DNA of 64,000 nucleotides from Acidisarcina sp. (lineage in GTDB: Bacteria > Acidobacteriota > Terriglobia > Terriglobales > Acidobacteriaceae): NCBI GenBank assembly GCA_036401395.1, contig DASWUZ010000123.1, forward strand, positions 3,597 through 67,596, in the 5' to 3' direction. Position numbers and translations under genes: made by a program. The notes under the pieces were generated by a model that saw only the letters and a program-made list of their open reading frames with translations, had not been told where the DNA came from and did no database searches. The first letter of the stretch is position 1, and every line of letters begins with the position of its first letter. Below, one piece after another: positions 47,815-57,833 of this stretch.

Positions 47815-47995
47815 ACCCCGTCATCCCGGCTTTCTTTAGAAAAGTTGTAGACGCAGCACCGCCACCGGCTTGTCCTGCCCTGAAAGCCGGCAATTCGTCT
47901 CCAAGTGCAGGAAAGCCGACCGCCCAACCCGCCGCTGGCGCGAAGCGGACAAATCTCCTTCAGGGACGGCTGGCCAGCCCGTCACCGAAGCACTG

Positions 47996-48175
47996 TTAGA
48001 CCGCGCTGCTTAGCTGGGTGCCGACGCTGGTAAATGCCGAACTGATAGTGGTCGCCAGCGTTTTCATCGAGGCCACCGCTCCCAGGGCGATGAGTGCTGA
48101 AACCAGGGCGTACTCGATCAGGTCCTGGCCGGACTCGTCCGCTGCCAGATCCATCAACCGCTGCTTGAGATTCAT
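47996..48175 (-). CDS. flp: Flp-family type IVb pilin
   Basis: ORF 47996..48232 trimmed to ATG 48175, with GGAGGAAAC upstream. Flp motif ESGQDLIEYALVSALIALGAV. Confidence 0.85.
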   Translation of the reverse strand: MNLKQRLMDLAADESGQDLIEYALVSALIALGAVASMKTLATTISSAFTSVGTQLSSAV

Positions 48176-48420
48176 TGTGTTTCCTCCGTGAAGTGGTTCG
48201 TTACTTGGGGAAGTGACGATTACCAGCATCATCGGCGCGGAGGCGGGGAACTTGAGAAAGGCAGAATGGTAAACCGGTTCTGTCCTGAATCGGAACCCCT
48301 CGTACCCCTGACCATTCGCAGCCTCGCGATTTCATGCTTGTGGATTCATCGGCGCGGCCTGCGTGCCGATAAACCCAGCATGGCTCCGTCAGCAAACGAG
48401 GACGCCAAACTTATCAGGCC

Positions 48421-48996
48421 ATGCCCATCACGCCCCCAAGGCCAATCCGCCCGCAGCGAAGCCTCCGCATTCGAGGCTTCGCCCTCCGCAATGAGGCACA
48501 GAGCCTCGTCGAAGTGGCGATCTTCCTCCCTATATTCACCCTTCTGGTTTGCTACGCGGTCGACTTCGGATACTTCTTCCTGGCCTCGACGACCATGATC
48601 TCCGCGGCCCGCGAGGCAAGCCAGTATGCCATTCAGGGTCCGCAATCCGCGTCCCAGGCGGCCGTGCCAGCCGCCGGCCCCGATACCACTCTCGGCACCG
48701 TAGCCAACCTCGTCGAAGGCGCCATCGGCCTTCCCCGCGCAGCCACCGCCACCACCGTACAGGTCTGTTCGAACGGCGTCACCGGATCGCCCGCCGCCGG
48801 CAACATCGCCAAATGCCAGACCTGGGGCGCGAACACGAGTCTCGTCTTCACCGCCGACCTCGACCCCGAGTCGCCCACCTTTCAGCTCAACCGCGTCGAC
48901 GTGGTCTACACCGTTAGCGCACCGGTTCCCATGCCCGCAGCCATCCTGCCCAGCCTGACCTTTCACCGTTTCGTCGAACTGAGGGCAATGCAGTGA
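48421..48996 (+). CDS. TadE-like pseudopilin/assembly protein
   Basis: ORF 191 aa. TadE-type N-terminal segment EAQSLVEVAIFLPIFTLLV. Divergent from flp. Confidence 0.7.
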   Translation: MPITPPRPIRPQRSLRIRGFALRNEAQSLVEVAIFLPIFTLLVCYAVDFGYFFLASTTMISAAREASQYAIQGPQSASQAAVPAAGPDTTLGTVANLVEGAIGLPRAATATTVQVCSNGVTGSPAAGNIAKCQTWGANTSLVFTADLDPESPTFQLNRVDVVYTVSAPVPMPAAILPSLTFHRFVELRAMQ

Positions 48997-49526
48997 GTAC
49001 AAGACGGGAATCATCGCATCCACCAACATCGATACCGCGTGTCGATATCGCGGGGCTTCGGTCCCGTCTGCGCACGCTGTTTGGGGGCCGAACGGCAGGC
49101 GGAGCCGAGAGCGGGCAGGCCATGGCCGAGACCGCGATCTCGCTGGTTGTCACCATTACTCTCGCCTTCTGGCTGTTCGAGCTTTCGATGATGTCCTACA
49201 CCTGCATTGTGCTGAACGACGCCGCCCAGGAGGGGGTGCGCTACGCTACGCTGCACGGCACCGACAGCACTGCATGCAGCGGCCCCGACCCCGCCTGTCC
49301 CGACCACTCGCCCTATGCAAATGTGCAAGGCACGGTCAGAAGCTTTACCGCCTTCAGTCTGCACAATATGACGACCATGACAGTCAAAGTGAACTATCCA
49401 GATGCCACTGCCAGGCCCGGCAGCCGCGTCACCGTCAATATCGAGTACACATACGTCCCGTATATCAACTTCCCCGGCCTTCGGACTTTTCTCACCTTTA
49501 ATTCACTGGGGAGGGTCACCTATTGA
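48993..49526 (+). CDS. TadE/TadF-like pseudopilin/assembly protein
   Basis: ORF 177 aa with a GTG start overlapping the previous stop. ESGQAMAETAISLVVTITLAFWLFE. Confidence 0.7.
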   Translation: MSTRRESSHPPTSIPRVDIAGLRSRLRTLFGGRTAGGAESGQAMAETAISLVVTITLAFWLFELSMMSYTCIVLNDAAQEGVRYATLHGTDSTACSGPDPACPDHSPYANVQGTVRSFTAFSLHNMTTMTVKVNYPDATARPGSRVTVNIEYTYVPYINFPGLRTFLTFNSLGRVTY

Positions 49527-51196
49527 GCGCACTCCTCGGGTCTCGGGCGGAAGAAGATAGGGCCGTCTCCGCCCACGCCATGGAATGCGGCCAGGCTTCG
49601 GTCCTCCTGCTCAGCATTCTAGGCACTTTTCTGCTCGCCTCGGTGGCCTTCGCGGTTGACATGGGCAATCTATGGTTTCATCGCCAGGCCACGCAGACCG
49701 CCGCCGATGCGGCCTGCGAAGCAGGCGCAATGGACATGCTCTACCTGTCGAAGGGCACAGTACTTCCCAAGATGGGCTTCATCCCCGGCATCGCCGGCCT
49801 GTGTAGCACGGGCGTTGGCGGATCCATCTGTTCTTACGCGGCCTTCAACGGATACAAAGCTACCGCAGGTGGACTCACCAACAACTCCCCTTCTATCGAT
49901 GTCGTCTATTCCTTCCCCGCTTCAAATGCTGTCCCCGGGGTCACCGGGGCCAGCTCCGTTACATACCCGCTGCTCAAAGTAATCGTAGAAGAGAACGTAA
50001 AGACATGGTTCATGAGCTTCGTAGGTAAGCGCTACCAGGTGGTCGCCGCTGCCTCCATTTGCGGCATGTCAGGCTCGCCCGCCCCCCCGCCACTAGTAGT
50101 CCTCAGCCCTACCGGCGCCGGCACTCTCAGCCTCAGCAACAGCGGCCATGTCATTATCCAGGGCGGCCCATCGCTCGGCATCCAGGTGAACTCGAGCGAC
50201 CCCCGCGCAATCACCTTCGCCAGCAGCGCCGATGCCATCGATACCCACCTCGGCGGTCCCGGAGCAAACTATCAGGGGACAGGATCGAATGTGGGCGTCT
50301 TCGGCAACGAGCCTTCCCCGGGAAGCAGCAACTTCATAGGCGGCTCAGGCCAGTGGGTCCCGAACTCCGCGGTCGCCGCCAATCCCTTCGCCAATGTTGG
50401 CGGGCCCACTCTGGCGAAACTGAGCGCTTCCCCCACCAGCGGCGGCGCCCTCATCGTGGCCTATAACGTGGACGGGTGCCCCGACACATCCGGTTGCGCG
50501 GAGTTTAAGCCGGGCGTCTACGCTGGGGGCATCGGCCCTTACCTGTACTGGCAGACCATGATCTTCGACTCGGGCGTCTACTACATGAACGGCAGCATAG
50601 AGGTAGACAGCGAGATTCGCCTCGCCAAGCCCCCGGGCTGGATGCAGAACGACGGAGTGATGTTCTATTTCAAGACCGGCACTCTGCACATCACCAACGG
50701 CTCCGGAAACCTCGGATCGCGTGTCAACTCTCTTCCCAGCACCGCGCTGACTTGCGACGCCACCGATCCCGATCCTACCCACGTCACTATTCCCGCCGCG
50801 CTCAATGGGAACATCATCGTGGGTCCCTGCACTGCTAACGGCACCTACTGGGACCCATACGGGGACACCACCGACAGCCCCGGAAGCGTCGCCGTTCCCG
50901 GCCTGCGCGGCCTGATTGTCTTCCACGATCCCACCAACACCTACACACCCTCCCCCGGCAGCCCGTCCAGCGGAGGAAATATCGACGGCGGCGCGGGCCT
51001 CACCTTCGCAGGCTCGCTGTATTACCACTCGACTCAATATCAGACTCTCTTCAACATCAGCAATGCGGGCGTCAGCGGTGGCCTCGCACTGGGCAAAGTC
51101 ATCGCCGACCAGGTCAGCGTCGAAGGCTCTGGCGCACTCAAGATGCTCCTCGTCTCAGGCGCCACCACGTCAGTCAAAGCTGGCGTCTTCCAGTGA
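49523..51196 (+). CDS. TadG-like pilus-associated protein
   Basis: ORF 557 aa. N-terminal GQASVLLLSILGTFLLASVAFAVDMGNLW (putative Flp pilus-assembly TadG-like N-domain). Gly/Ser/Thr/Asn-rich body. Start 49523 (TTG) or ATG 49580. Confidence 0.65.
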   Translation: MSALLGSRAEEDRAVSAHAMECGQASVLLLSILGTFLLASVAFAVDMGNLWFHRQATQTAADAACEAGAMDMLYLSKGTVLPKMGFIPGIAGLCSTGVGGSICSYAAFNGYKATAGGLTNNSPSIDVVYSFPASNAVPGVTGASSVTYPLLKVIVEENVKTWFMSFVGKRYQVVAAASICGMSGSPAPPPLVVLSPTGAGTLSLSNSGHVIIQGGPSLGIQVNSSDPRAITFASSADAIDTHLGGPGANYQGTGSNVGVFGNEPSPGSSNFIGGSGQWVPNSAVAANPFANVGGPTLAKLSASPTSGGALIVAYNVDGCPDTSGCAEFKPGVYAGGIGPYLYWQTMIFDSGVYYMNGSIEVDSEIRLAKPPGWMQNDGVMFYFKTGTLHITNGSGNLGSRVNSLPSTALTCDATDPDPTHVTIPAALNGNIIVGPCTANGTYWDPYGDTTDSPGSVAVPGLRGLIVFHDPTNTYTPSPGSPSSGGNIDGGAGLTFAGSLYYHSTQYQTLFNISNAGVSGGLALGKVIADQVSVEGSGALKMLLVSGATTSVKAGVFQ

Positions 51197-51270
51197 TCCC
51201 TTCGTATGACCTTGCATCAGGCCATGCTCTGTTTACTTCCTAGTGCATGACGCATGAGTTGCACAGCCCA

Positions 51271-51927
51271 TCAATAAAGATTTAACAGGTCCGTCTGCAG
51301 GTCAACATCCACTGCTCCACCCGCAAACTCAACCGTGGCTACCTTCCAAAGAGGGTCAGAGATGATCCTTCTCGCACCCTCATCCCCTTTCAATTGCATC
51401 AGTGAAGGAAAGACCCCCTTTTTGAAAATCGCCGGAACTCCTCTCGCGCCGCTATAGCTTGACGCGGTAATATCCGGCGCGCCCTCGCCATTTTCACTGT
51501 CATGACTTGCGATCAGGGACGTCAGCGCCTCCACCGTCAAAAGCGGCTGATCGCAGACCAGCACCATCGCCGATTCCGGTTCCTGTCCGGAAATCGCTCT
51601 CAACCCACAGCAAAGGGAAGAAGCCATTCCACTCTCCCACTCCGCATTGACTGCAATCGAAACCGCCAGTCCTGCCAGCTCCCGCTCCATCAAATAAGCT
51701 TGCCAACCGAGCACCACGACCACTGGCGCACATCCGGCGTCCACCGCTAACCGCGCACTGCGCCGCAACAGAGACTCGCCATCTTTCTGAATAAGCTGCT
51801 TAGGACGCCCCAGCCGCCGCGATCCGCCGGCTGCCAGGACAATGGCGGCAACTGGCTGATTCTGGGCAACCGGCGCATCTCGCGCCTCAAGGACCGCTTC
51901 GGCCGTCAAACTAATCCTCTCAGTCAT
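51271..51927 (-). CDS. MobA-like NTP transferase, molybdenum cofactor cytidylyltransferase-like (MocA-like)
   Basis: ORF 51271..52158 trimmed to ATG 51927 (ATGACTGA overlap with the xdhC-like stop). AAIVLAAGGSRRLGRPKQL. Confidence 0.8.
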   Translation of the reverse strand: MTERISLTAEAVLEARDAPVAQNQPVAAIVLAAGGSRRLGRPKQLIQKDGESLLRRSARLAVDAGCAPVVVVLGWQAYLMERELAGLAVSIAVNAEWESGMASSLCCGLRAISGQEPESAMVLVCDQPLLTVEALTSLIASHDSENGEGAPDITASSYSGARGVPAIFKKGVFPSLMQLKGDEGARRIISDPLWKVATVEFAGGAVDVDLQTDLLNLY

Positions 51928-53116
51928 CAGACGCAATGAGTGGGGACCGTAGCAGACGCAGAGGCATACCCATCCGCCCCTCAAGTGTCGCCTGCACCTC
52001 GGCAATGATAGACAATGCGACAACCTCTGGCCCGTCTGCTCCCAGATCAAGTCCTGCCGGGGAATGCAACTGCTCCAGCCAATCTTCGGCAGACCTTGAC
52101 CCCGGCAACTGGCCCGAGACTTCATCCAGCAGCTGAGAAGTTCGCCGCCGAGGTCCAAGCACCCCTACATACATTGGATTAAGAGGCAGAATGGCCGCCA
52201 GAATCGCCCTGTCCTGCTCATAACTGTGGGTCATCACCACTGCCGCCGCTTCCCTTGGCATTCCCGATCCTGCAACCGACACTGCACCTGACTGGCCCCA
52301 CAACGCACCCAAGCCAGCCTGGCTCAAGACCATTACTCTGGCGGTCGGAAATCGCACCGATGTAGCGAGATGAGAACGCCCATCCGCCACCACGACCTCC
52401 CACCCCATGGCCGCAGCAAACCCGGCAACCGGCTGAGCATCGTCCCCCGCGCCAAACACAAACAACAAAGGCGGAGGCGCAATATACTCCGCAAAGGCCG
52501 CCTGTCCTTCAGCTAAACTGAGCACAAACGAACAGCGCTGCCTCAGCGTTTTCTCCGCAGCAGCTCGAAGCGCAACCACTGAAGCACTAGCCGTTCTGGT
52601 CTCGGGCGATGGTTCTAATTCATTCCCCAGTCGTGGACCGAGGGTGCCATTCTGCTCCACCCGCACAGGGACATCATTAAGAACGACACGCGTTCCAACC
52701 GGCAGCACTCCCTCCCCAATCACGGTGGCGATCGCAGAAGCCTTCCGCTCTACCAGACTCTGCCGGATCGCCTCAATCCGATCCTTAGCAGAGACCCCAC
52801 GCTCCAGCAGCAAAGAGATTCGCCCACCACAACCCAGGCCGTGCCCACCCTCGCCATCATCGTCAAACGAAGTCGTATATGTCTCCACACAAGCACCGGA
52901 CTCCGTCAGCCACCAGATCTTTTTCCCAACCTCGCCCTCAAGGCAGCCGCCGCTCACCATGCCTGCGCGCATTCCGCTGCGTGTGAGCAGCATCGTCGCG
53001 CCCGGTTTTCGATAGGAAGAGCCTTCCACCCGGACGATCGTGGCCAGCGAAACCTCGTCGCCCGCCTCGTGCGCGGCGTCCCAAAGTTCCAGTAACTTCC
53101 GCTTTTCAATCCACAT
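51920..53116 (-). CDS. XdhC/CoxI-family molybdoenzyme maturation protein (PaoD-like)
   Basis: ORF 398 aa. N-terminal XdhC/CoxI domain (ATIVRVEGSSYRKPGA). Rossmann-like domain (LFVFGAGDDAQPVAGFA). Confidence 0.85.
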   Translation of the reverse strand: MWIEKRKLLELWDAAHEAGDEVSLATIVRVEGSSYRKPGATMLLTRSGMRAGMVSGGCLEGEVGKKIWWLTESGACVETYTTSFDDDGEGGHGLGCGGRISLLLERGVSAKDRIEAIRQSLVERKASAIATVIGEGVLPVGTRVVLNDVPVRVEQNGTLGPRLGNELEPSPETRTASASVVALRAAAEKTLRQRCSFVLSLAEGQAAFAEYIAPPPLLFVFGAGDDAQPVAGFAAAMGWEVVVADGRSHLATSVRFPTARVMVLSQAGLGALWGQSGAVSVAGSGMPREAAAVVMTHSYEQDRAILAAILPLNPMYVGVLGPRRRTSQLLDEVSGQLPGSRSAEDWLEQLHSPAGLDLGADGPEVVALSIIAEVQATLEGRMGMPLRLLRSPLIASDD

Positions 53117-53366
53117 GAACTACCAATATTTTCACCGTCAGATTTTCACCGGCTCAACGAAGTACTCTCCGCGAATACAACTGCACGACCGCCACTGCCG
53201 GAGAGCAACAATAAAGCGTAATCTCTCGTCACAGTAGAAACGATCACCTGAAAACCGCTAACCGTTCGCGCGAAATGGCTGAAATAAAATATTCGACAAA
53301 ACGTAAGTTCTGAGATGCAACCGCCTGCGCGCAGAATACAAGCCGACTCACTACAGGAGCGTCCCA

Positions 53367-54146
53367 TTGAAATCCACCGACCTCTACCCGCCCTGTACCT
53401 CCTCCAGGGTCACAACCGCTGAAGAAGAGTCCGTAACCAGCTCTGAGCAGCAACAAGCGGCCGAAGAGACCCTGCGCTGGGACGTTTCCCGCCGCAACTT
53501 CCTCAAGTCTGCCGGGCTCCTGGGGGGCGCGACCGCCATCGGCATGCCGACCCTCGCTGCTGCCCAGAGAGCCTCCGCCGTTACAGCTACCCCTGTCACC
53601 CTCAGCATCAACGGCGAAGAACATCACCTCACCCTCGATCCCCGCACCACCCTCCTCGACGCGCTCCGCGAAGATCTTCACCTCACCGGCTCAAAAAAAG
53701 GCTGCGATCACGGCCAGTGCGGCGCCTGCACCGTGCTGCTAAATGGCCGCCGCATCAACAGCTGCCTTACCCTCGCGCTCTCCGTCGAGGGAGATCAAGT
53801 CACCACCGTCGAAGGCCTCGCCAAAGGCGAGGAACTCCACCCCGTCCAGCAAGCCTTCCTCGATCATGACGGATTCCAATGCGGCTACTGCACCCCGGGT
53901 CAAATTTGCTCCGCCGTAGCACTGCTAGACGAAGCCAGACACGGCGAACCCAGCCAACTCACCATGCCGGTAAATCAACCCGGCCCCATCAACCTCACCG
54001 TTGAAGAAACAAAAGAACGCATGAGCGGGAACATCTGCCGCTGCGGAGCCTACCCGGGCATTGTCGCCGCGGTAATGCAGGCCTCAGGCCAGTCAACCGC
54101 CTCAGCCACACGCGCCGGTCAACATGTCATTCAGGAGGCCTCGTGA
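53367..54146 (+). CDS. Tat-exported [2Fe-2S] small subunit of a xanthine-dehydrogenase-family oxidoreductase (PaoA-like)
   Basis: ORF 259 aa with a TTG start. Tat motif SRRNFLKSAG. Cluster motifs CDHGQCGACTV, CGYCTPG, NICRCGAY. Confidence 0.85.
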   Translation: MKSTDLYPPCTSSRVTTAEEESVTSSEQQQAAEETLRWDVSRRNFLKSAGLLGGATAIGMPTLAAAQRASAVTATPVTLSINGEEHHLTLDPRTTLLDALREDLHLTGSKKGCDHGQCGACTVLLNGRRINSCLTLALSVEGDQVTTVEGLAKGEELHPVQQAFLDHDGFQCGYCTPGQICSAVALLDEARHGEPSQLTMPVNQPGPINLTVEETKERMSGNICRCGAYPGIVAAVMQASGQSTASATRAGQHVIQEAS

Positions 54147-55132
54147 ACCCCTTTACCTACCAGCGAGCCCACGACCCTCAGGATGCGGTGATCGCCCGCT
54201 CTCGTTCTAAAGACTCGATGTTCCTCGGAGGAGGCACCAACCTCGTCGACCTGATGAAGATGGGCGTCGAACAGCCCGGCAAGCTCATCGACATCAATCG
54301 CCTCGAGCTCGCCCAGATCGAAGAGCTCCCTGACGGGGGACTTCGCCTCGGCGCACTCGCCCGCAACAGTGACACCGCCTCCAATCCGCTCGTCCGTGAA
54401 CGCTATCAGCTGCTGGCAGAGGCCATTCTCTCCGGCGCATCGCCCCAGCTCCGTAACCGCGCCACCAACGGCGGGAACCTTCTACAGCGCACGCGCTGCT
54501 ACTACTTCTACGACCCCGCGTACACCCGCTGCAACAAGCGCAACCCCGGCAGTGGATGCGACGCCATCGGCGGCTACAACCGCATCCACGCGATCCTCGG
54601 CGCGAGCGAAGAATGCATCGCCACTCACCCCTCCGACATGTGCGTTGCGCTGGCCGCCCTCGAAGCGAACGTTCGCGTGCGTGGCCCTAAAGGGGAGCGC
54701 ACCATCCCCTTCAACGAATTCCACCGTTTGCCCGGCAAGACCCCGCAGATCGACACCAACTTGAAGCCCGACGAACTCATCCTCTCCATCGACCTTCCTA
54801 AATCAAACTACGCCGCCCACTCGCACTACCTCAAAGTTCGCGACCGCGCGAGCTACGCCTTCGCGCTTGTCTCCGTAGCTGCCGCACTGGACCTCGATGG
54901 CACGACCATCAAGTCCGCACGCATCGCGCTCGGCGGAGTGGCCCACAAGCCCTGGCGCAGTGAAAAGGCCGAGCAGTTGCTGGCCGGCAAGCCCCTAGCC
55001 GAAGAAGCGTTCCTCGCCGCCGCCAACGAACTTCTTGCCGGGGCGAAAACCTACGAACACAACCAATTCAAAGTGGAGATGGCCAAGCACGCCGTCGTCC
55101 GCGCACTTAGCATTGCAGGGGGGCTGGCATGA
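54143..55132 (+). CDS. FAD-binding medium subunit (PaoB/CoxM-like)
   Basis: ORF 329 aa. FLGGGTNLVDLMK. CO dehydrogenase flavoprotein-type C-domain. Overlapping stop/start on both sides. Confidence 0.88.
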   Translation: MNPFTYQRAHDPQDAVIARSRSKDSMFLGGGTNLVDLMKMGVEQPGKLIDINRLELAQIEELPDGGLRLGALARNSDTASNPLVRERYQLLAEAILSGASPQLRNRATNGGNLLQRTRCYYFYDPAYTRCNKRNPGSGCDAIGGYNRIHAILGASEECIATHPSDMCVALAALEANVRVRGPKGERTIPFNEFHRLPGKTPQIDTNLKPDELILSIDLPKSNYAAHSHYLKVRDRASYAFALVSVAAALDLDGTTIKSARIALGGVAHKPWRSEKAEQLLAGKPLAEEAFLAAANELLAGAKTYEHNQFKVEMAKHAVVRALSIAGGLA

Positions 55133-57333
55133 GCCTAGTTGGAGAACCGATCACCAGGGTCGACGGCCGCCTGAAAGTCACCGGCCAGGCCAAATACGCC
55201 GCCGAGTTCGAAGTACCAAACCTCGCCTACGGGTTCCTGCTCCTGAGCACCATTCCCCAGGGCCGCGTCCTGCGTATGGAAACAGTCGCCGCCGAAAAAG
55301 CTCCCGGCATCATCAAAATTCTCACCCCGTTCAACGCCCCTAAACTCCCTGAGCACGGCAACACCGGCCATCCACCTGCGGGCCGCGTCCTGCAAGTCCT
55401 CCAGGACGACCAAGTCCACTACAACAACCAGCCGATTGCCGTCATCGTCGCCGAGACCCTGAACCAGGCCATGTTCGCGGCTTCGCTTATAAAGGTCCGC
55501 TACCAACAGACACCACCGAAGCTCGACTTCGAGGGCAGCTTTCCGACTGCGCACCCGGGCGGCCACGGACACGACCCGGCAGACATCGGCAAAGGCAGCA
55601 TCGAAGACGCACTGGCCGCGGCCGAAGTCAAAATCGACCAGGTCTACACCACCCCCGTCCAGCACCACAATCCGCTGGAGCCACACGCCACCATCGCCCA
55701 GTGGGACGGCGAAAAACTCACCGTCCACAACGCCACCCAATACATCAGCGGAGACCGCCAGAGCCTCGCCAAAGCCTTCGGCCTGCCCGATGACAATGTA
55801 CGCGTCATCTGCCCCTTCACCGGCGGCGGATTCGGCAGTAAAGGCTCAACCTGGTCGCACGTCCTGCTCGCTGCCATGGCCGCCAGGGTCGCCGGGCGCC
55901 CCGTGAAGATTGTCCTCGACCGGCCGCAGATGTTTGGCCCCGTTGGAGCGCGCCCCCAGACTCACCAGCACATCGTCATCGGAGCAAAACGCGATGGATC
56001 GATCCTGGCCATACGCCACGATGCGTTCACCCACACCTCGATGTTTGAGGACTTCACCGAACCATCCTCAGTTCAGACACGCATGCTCTACGGCGTCCCC
56101 AACATCTCCACCAGTCAGCGTCTCGTCCCGCTAACCACCGGCACGCCAACTTTCATGCGCGCGCCCGGCGAATCGACGGGCACTTTCGGCCTCGAAAGCG
56201 CCCTGGACGAGATGGCCTACGCCCTCAACATGGACCCAATCGCCCTGCGCCTTAAAAACTACGCCGAAAAAGACCCCACCAGCGACAAGCCCTTTTCAAG
56301 CAAAAACCTCAAAGAATGCTACGCCCGTGGAGCCGAGAAATTCGGATGGGCCAAACGCAATCCCGAGCCGCGCTCCACCAAAGACGGACGGCTGCTGGTC
56401 GGCTGGGGCATGGCCACAGCGACATACTCCGCCAACCGCTCCACCGCGGCCTGCTCGGTGAGCTTCGAGCCCAATGGACGAGTCACCGTGGCCTCAGGCA
56501 CCCAGGACCTCGGTACGGGCATGTACACCCTCATGGCCCAGGTTGCTGCCGATGCTCTCAAAATGCCGATTGAAAAGATCGACGCGAAACTCGGCGACTC
56601 CTTGTTCCCCAGAGCGCCGGTCTCCGGCGGATCCCAGTCGGCCGCCAGTGTAACCCCGGCCGTCCAGGCAGCCTGCAAGCAGGCCATCTTGAAACTCACT
56701 GCGGCAGCAGCGTCTGATGCTCAATCTCCGTTTCACGGAGTGATGTCAGCCGACCTCGACTTCGCGAACGGAAAGGTCTTCCGCAAGTCCGCACCCAAAA
56801 CCGGCGAAGACTTCACCGACCTCATCTCGCGCAGCGGCGGCAAGCCGATCGAAGCCACAGCCTCCGCCGAACGCGATCAGGACAGCGAACAATACTCCAC
56901 GCACTCGTGGGGGGCGGTTTTCGCCGAGGTCGCAGTCGACGAAGCGATTGGGATGCCCCGCGTTCGCCGCGTCGTCGGCGTATACGACATCGGCACTCTG
57001 CTCAACTCGAAAACCGGAACCAACCAGCTTATCGGAGGTGTCGTCTGGGGCATCAGCCTTGCGCTCCACGAACACAGCGCGCGCGACTCCCGCTACGGCC
57101 GCATCGCCAATAACAATCTCGCTGAATACCACGTCCCCGTTAACCTCGACATCGGCGAAATTGACGTCTCAGCCCTCAACATCCCTGACTTGAAGTTCAA
57201 CCCGTTAGGGGCACGCGGCATTGGAGAGATCGGCATCACCGGTACAGGAGCCGCCGTCGCCAACGCAATCTACCACGCCACGGGCAAGCGCTTCCGCAAC
57301 GCCCCCATCACCCCCGACCTGCTAATGGCTTAG
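55129..57333 (+). CDS. Molybdopterin-binding large subunit (PaoC/aldehyde oxidoreductase-like)
   Basis: ORF 734 aa. a/b-hammerhead N-domain (GEPITRVDGRLKVTGQAKY). FTGGGFGSKG. Moco-binding C-domains (GARGIGEIGITG). Confidence 0.9.
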   Translation: MSLVGEPITRVDGRLKVTGQAKYAAEFEVPNLAYGFLLLSTIPQGRVLRMETVAAEKAPGIIKILTPFNAPKLPEHGNTGHPPAGRVLQVLQDDQVHYNNQPIAVIVAETLNQAMFAASLIKVRYQQTPPKLDFEGSFPTAHPGGHGHDPADIGKGSIEDALAAAEVKIDQVYTTPVQHHNPLEPHATIAQWDGEKLTVHNATQYISGDRQSLAKAFGLPDDNVRVICPFTGGGFGSKGSTWSHVLLAAMAARVAGRPVKIVLDRPQMFGPVGARPQTHQHIVIGAKRDGSILAIRHDAFTHTSMFEDFTEPSSVQTRMLYGVPNISTSQRLVPLTTGTPTFMRAPGESTGTFGLESALDEMAYALNMDPIALRLKNYAEKDPTSDKPFSSKNLKECYARGAEKFGWAKRNPEPRSTKDGRLLVGWGMATATYSANRSTAACSVSFEPNGRVTVASGTQDLGTGMYTLMAQVAADALKMPIEKIDAKLGDSLFPRAPVSGGSQSAASVTPAVQAACKQAILKLTAAAASDAQSPFHGVMSADLDFANGKVFRKSAPKTGEDFTDLISRSGGKPIEATASAERDQDSEQYSTHSWGAVFAEVAVDEAIGMPRVRRVVGVYDIGTLLNSKTGTNQLIGGVVWGISLALHEHSARDSRYGRIANNNLAEYHVPVNLDIGEIDVSALNIPDLKFNPLGARGIGEIGITGTGAAVANAIYHATGKRFRNAPITPDLLMA

Positions 57334-57833
57334 TACACGGGTTCACGAGGTCGTCTGGCTGGTGCTGTTTGTACCTGGTGTGCCCCGCTCTCAATCAGTG
57401 TTGGGAGTGGGGTGTCGCTGTCTCAGGTCCTCGCCCCGACGCTTGATGTTTGACTGCTATTACCAAGATACTAAATCGGGGCCTTTCATCACGCCAAATA
57501 TACGTGAGAATAAGGCCAGCATTTTCATCAGCTTAGCTGTTTATTTGTGGCTAACCTATTGACAGATTTCGCAGAAGGTAGCGGTCGGGGCCAAACGCCC
57601 ACTCAGGCATAGATGGTCGAGAGGGTCACACCCCTCTTAACATCGCCTGATGCCAGTCCGCATGAGTGGAATAGAGAAATCGCCGGGAGACGCGCGCCCC
57701 AAACTCTCGCGTCGCCCACACCTCACAGGTACAATTGCAAAGCGGGCAAGGATTTACCCGCAAGTTTTAGAAATCGACATGCCTGAAAGGCACAGCCTGC
57801 CGTCTAAGACGCAGGCGAGGGGTCCACGAAAGA

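Noticed and set aside
47965-47983. Hairpin after flp as a canonical intrinsic terminator
   Set aside because: The stem is short with a bulge and there is no downstream U-tract. It is kept only as part of the structured-spacer observation.
53117-53366. Possible Moco riboswitch upstream of the Pao-like operon
   Set aside because: No recognisable conserved Moco-motif core in the divergent promoter region.
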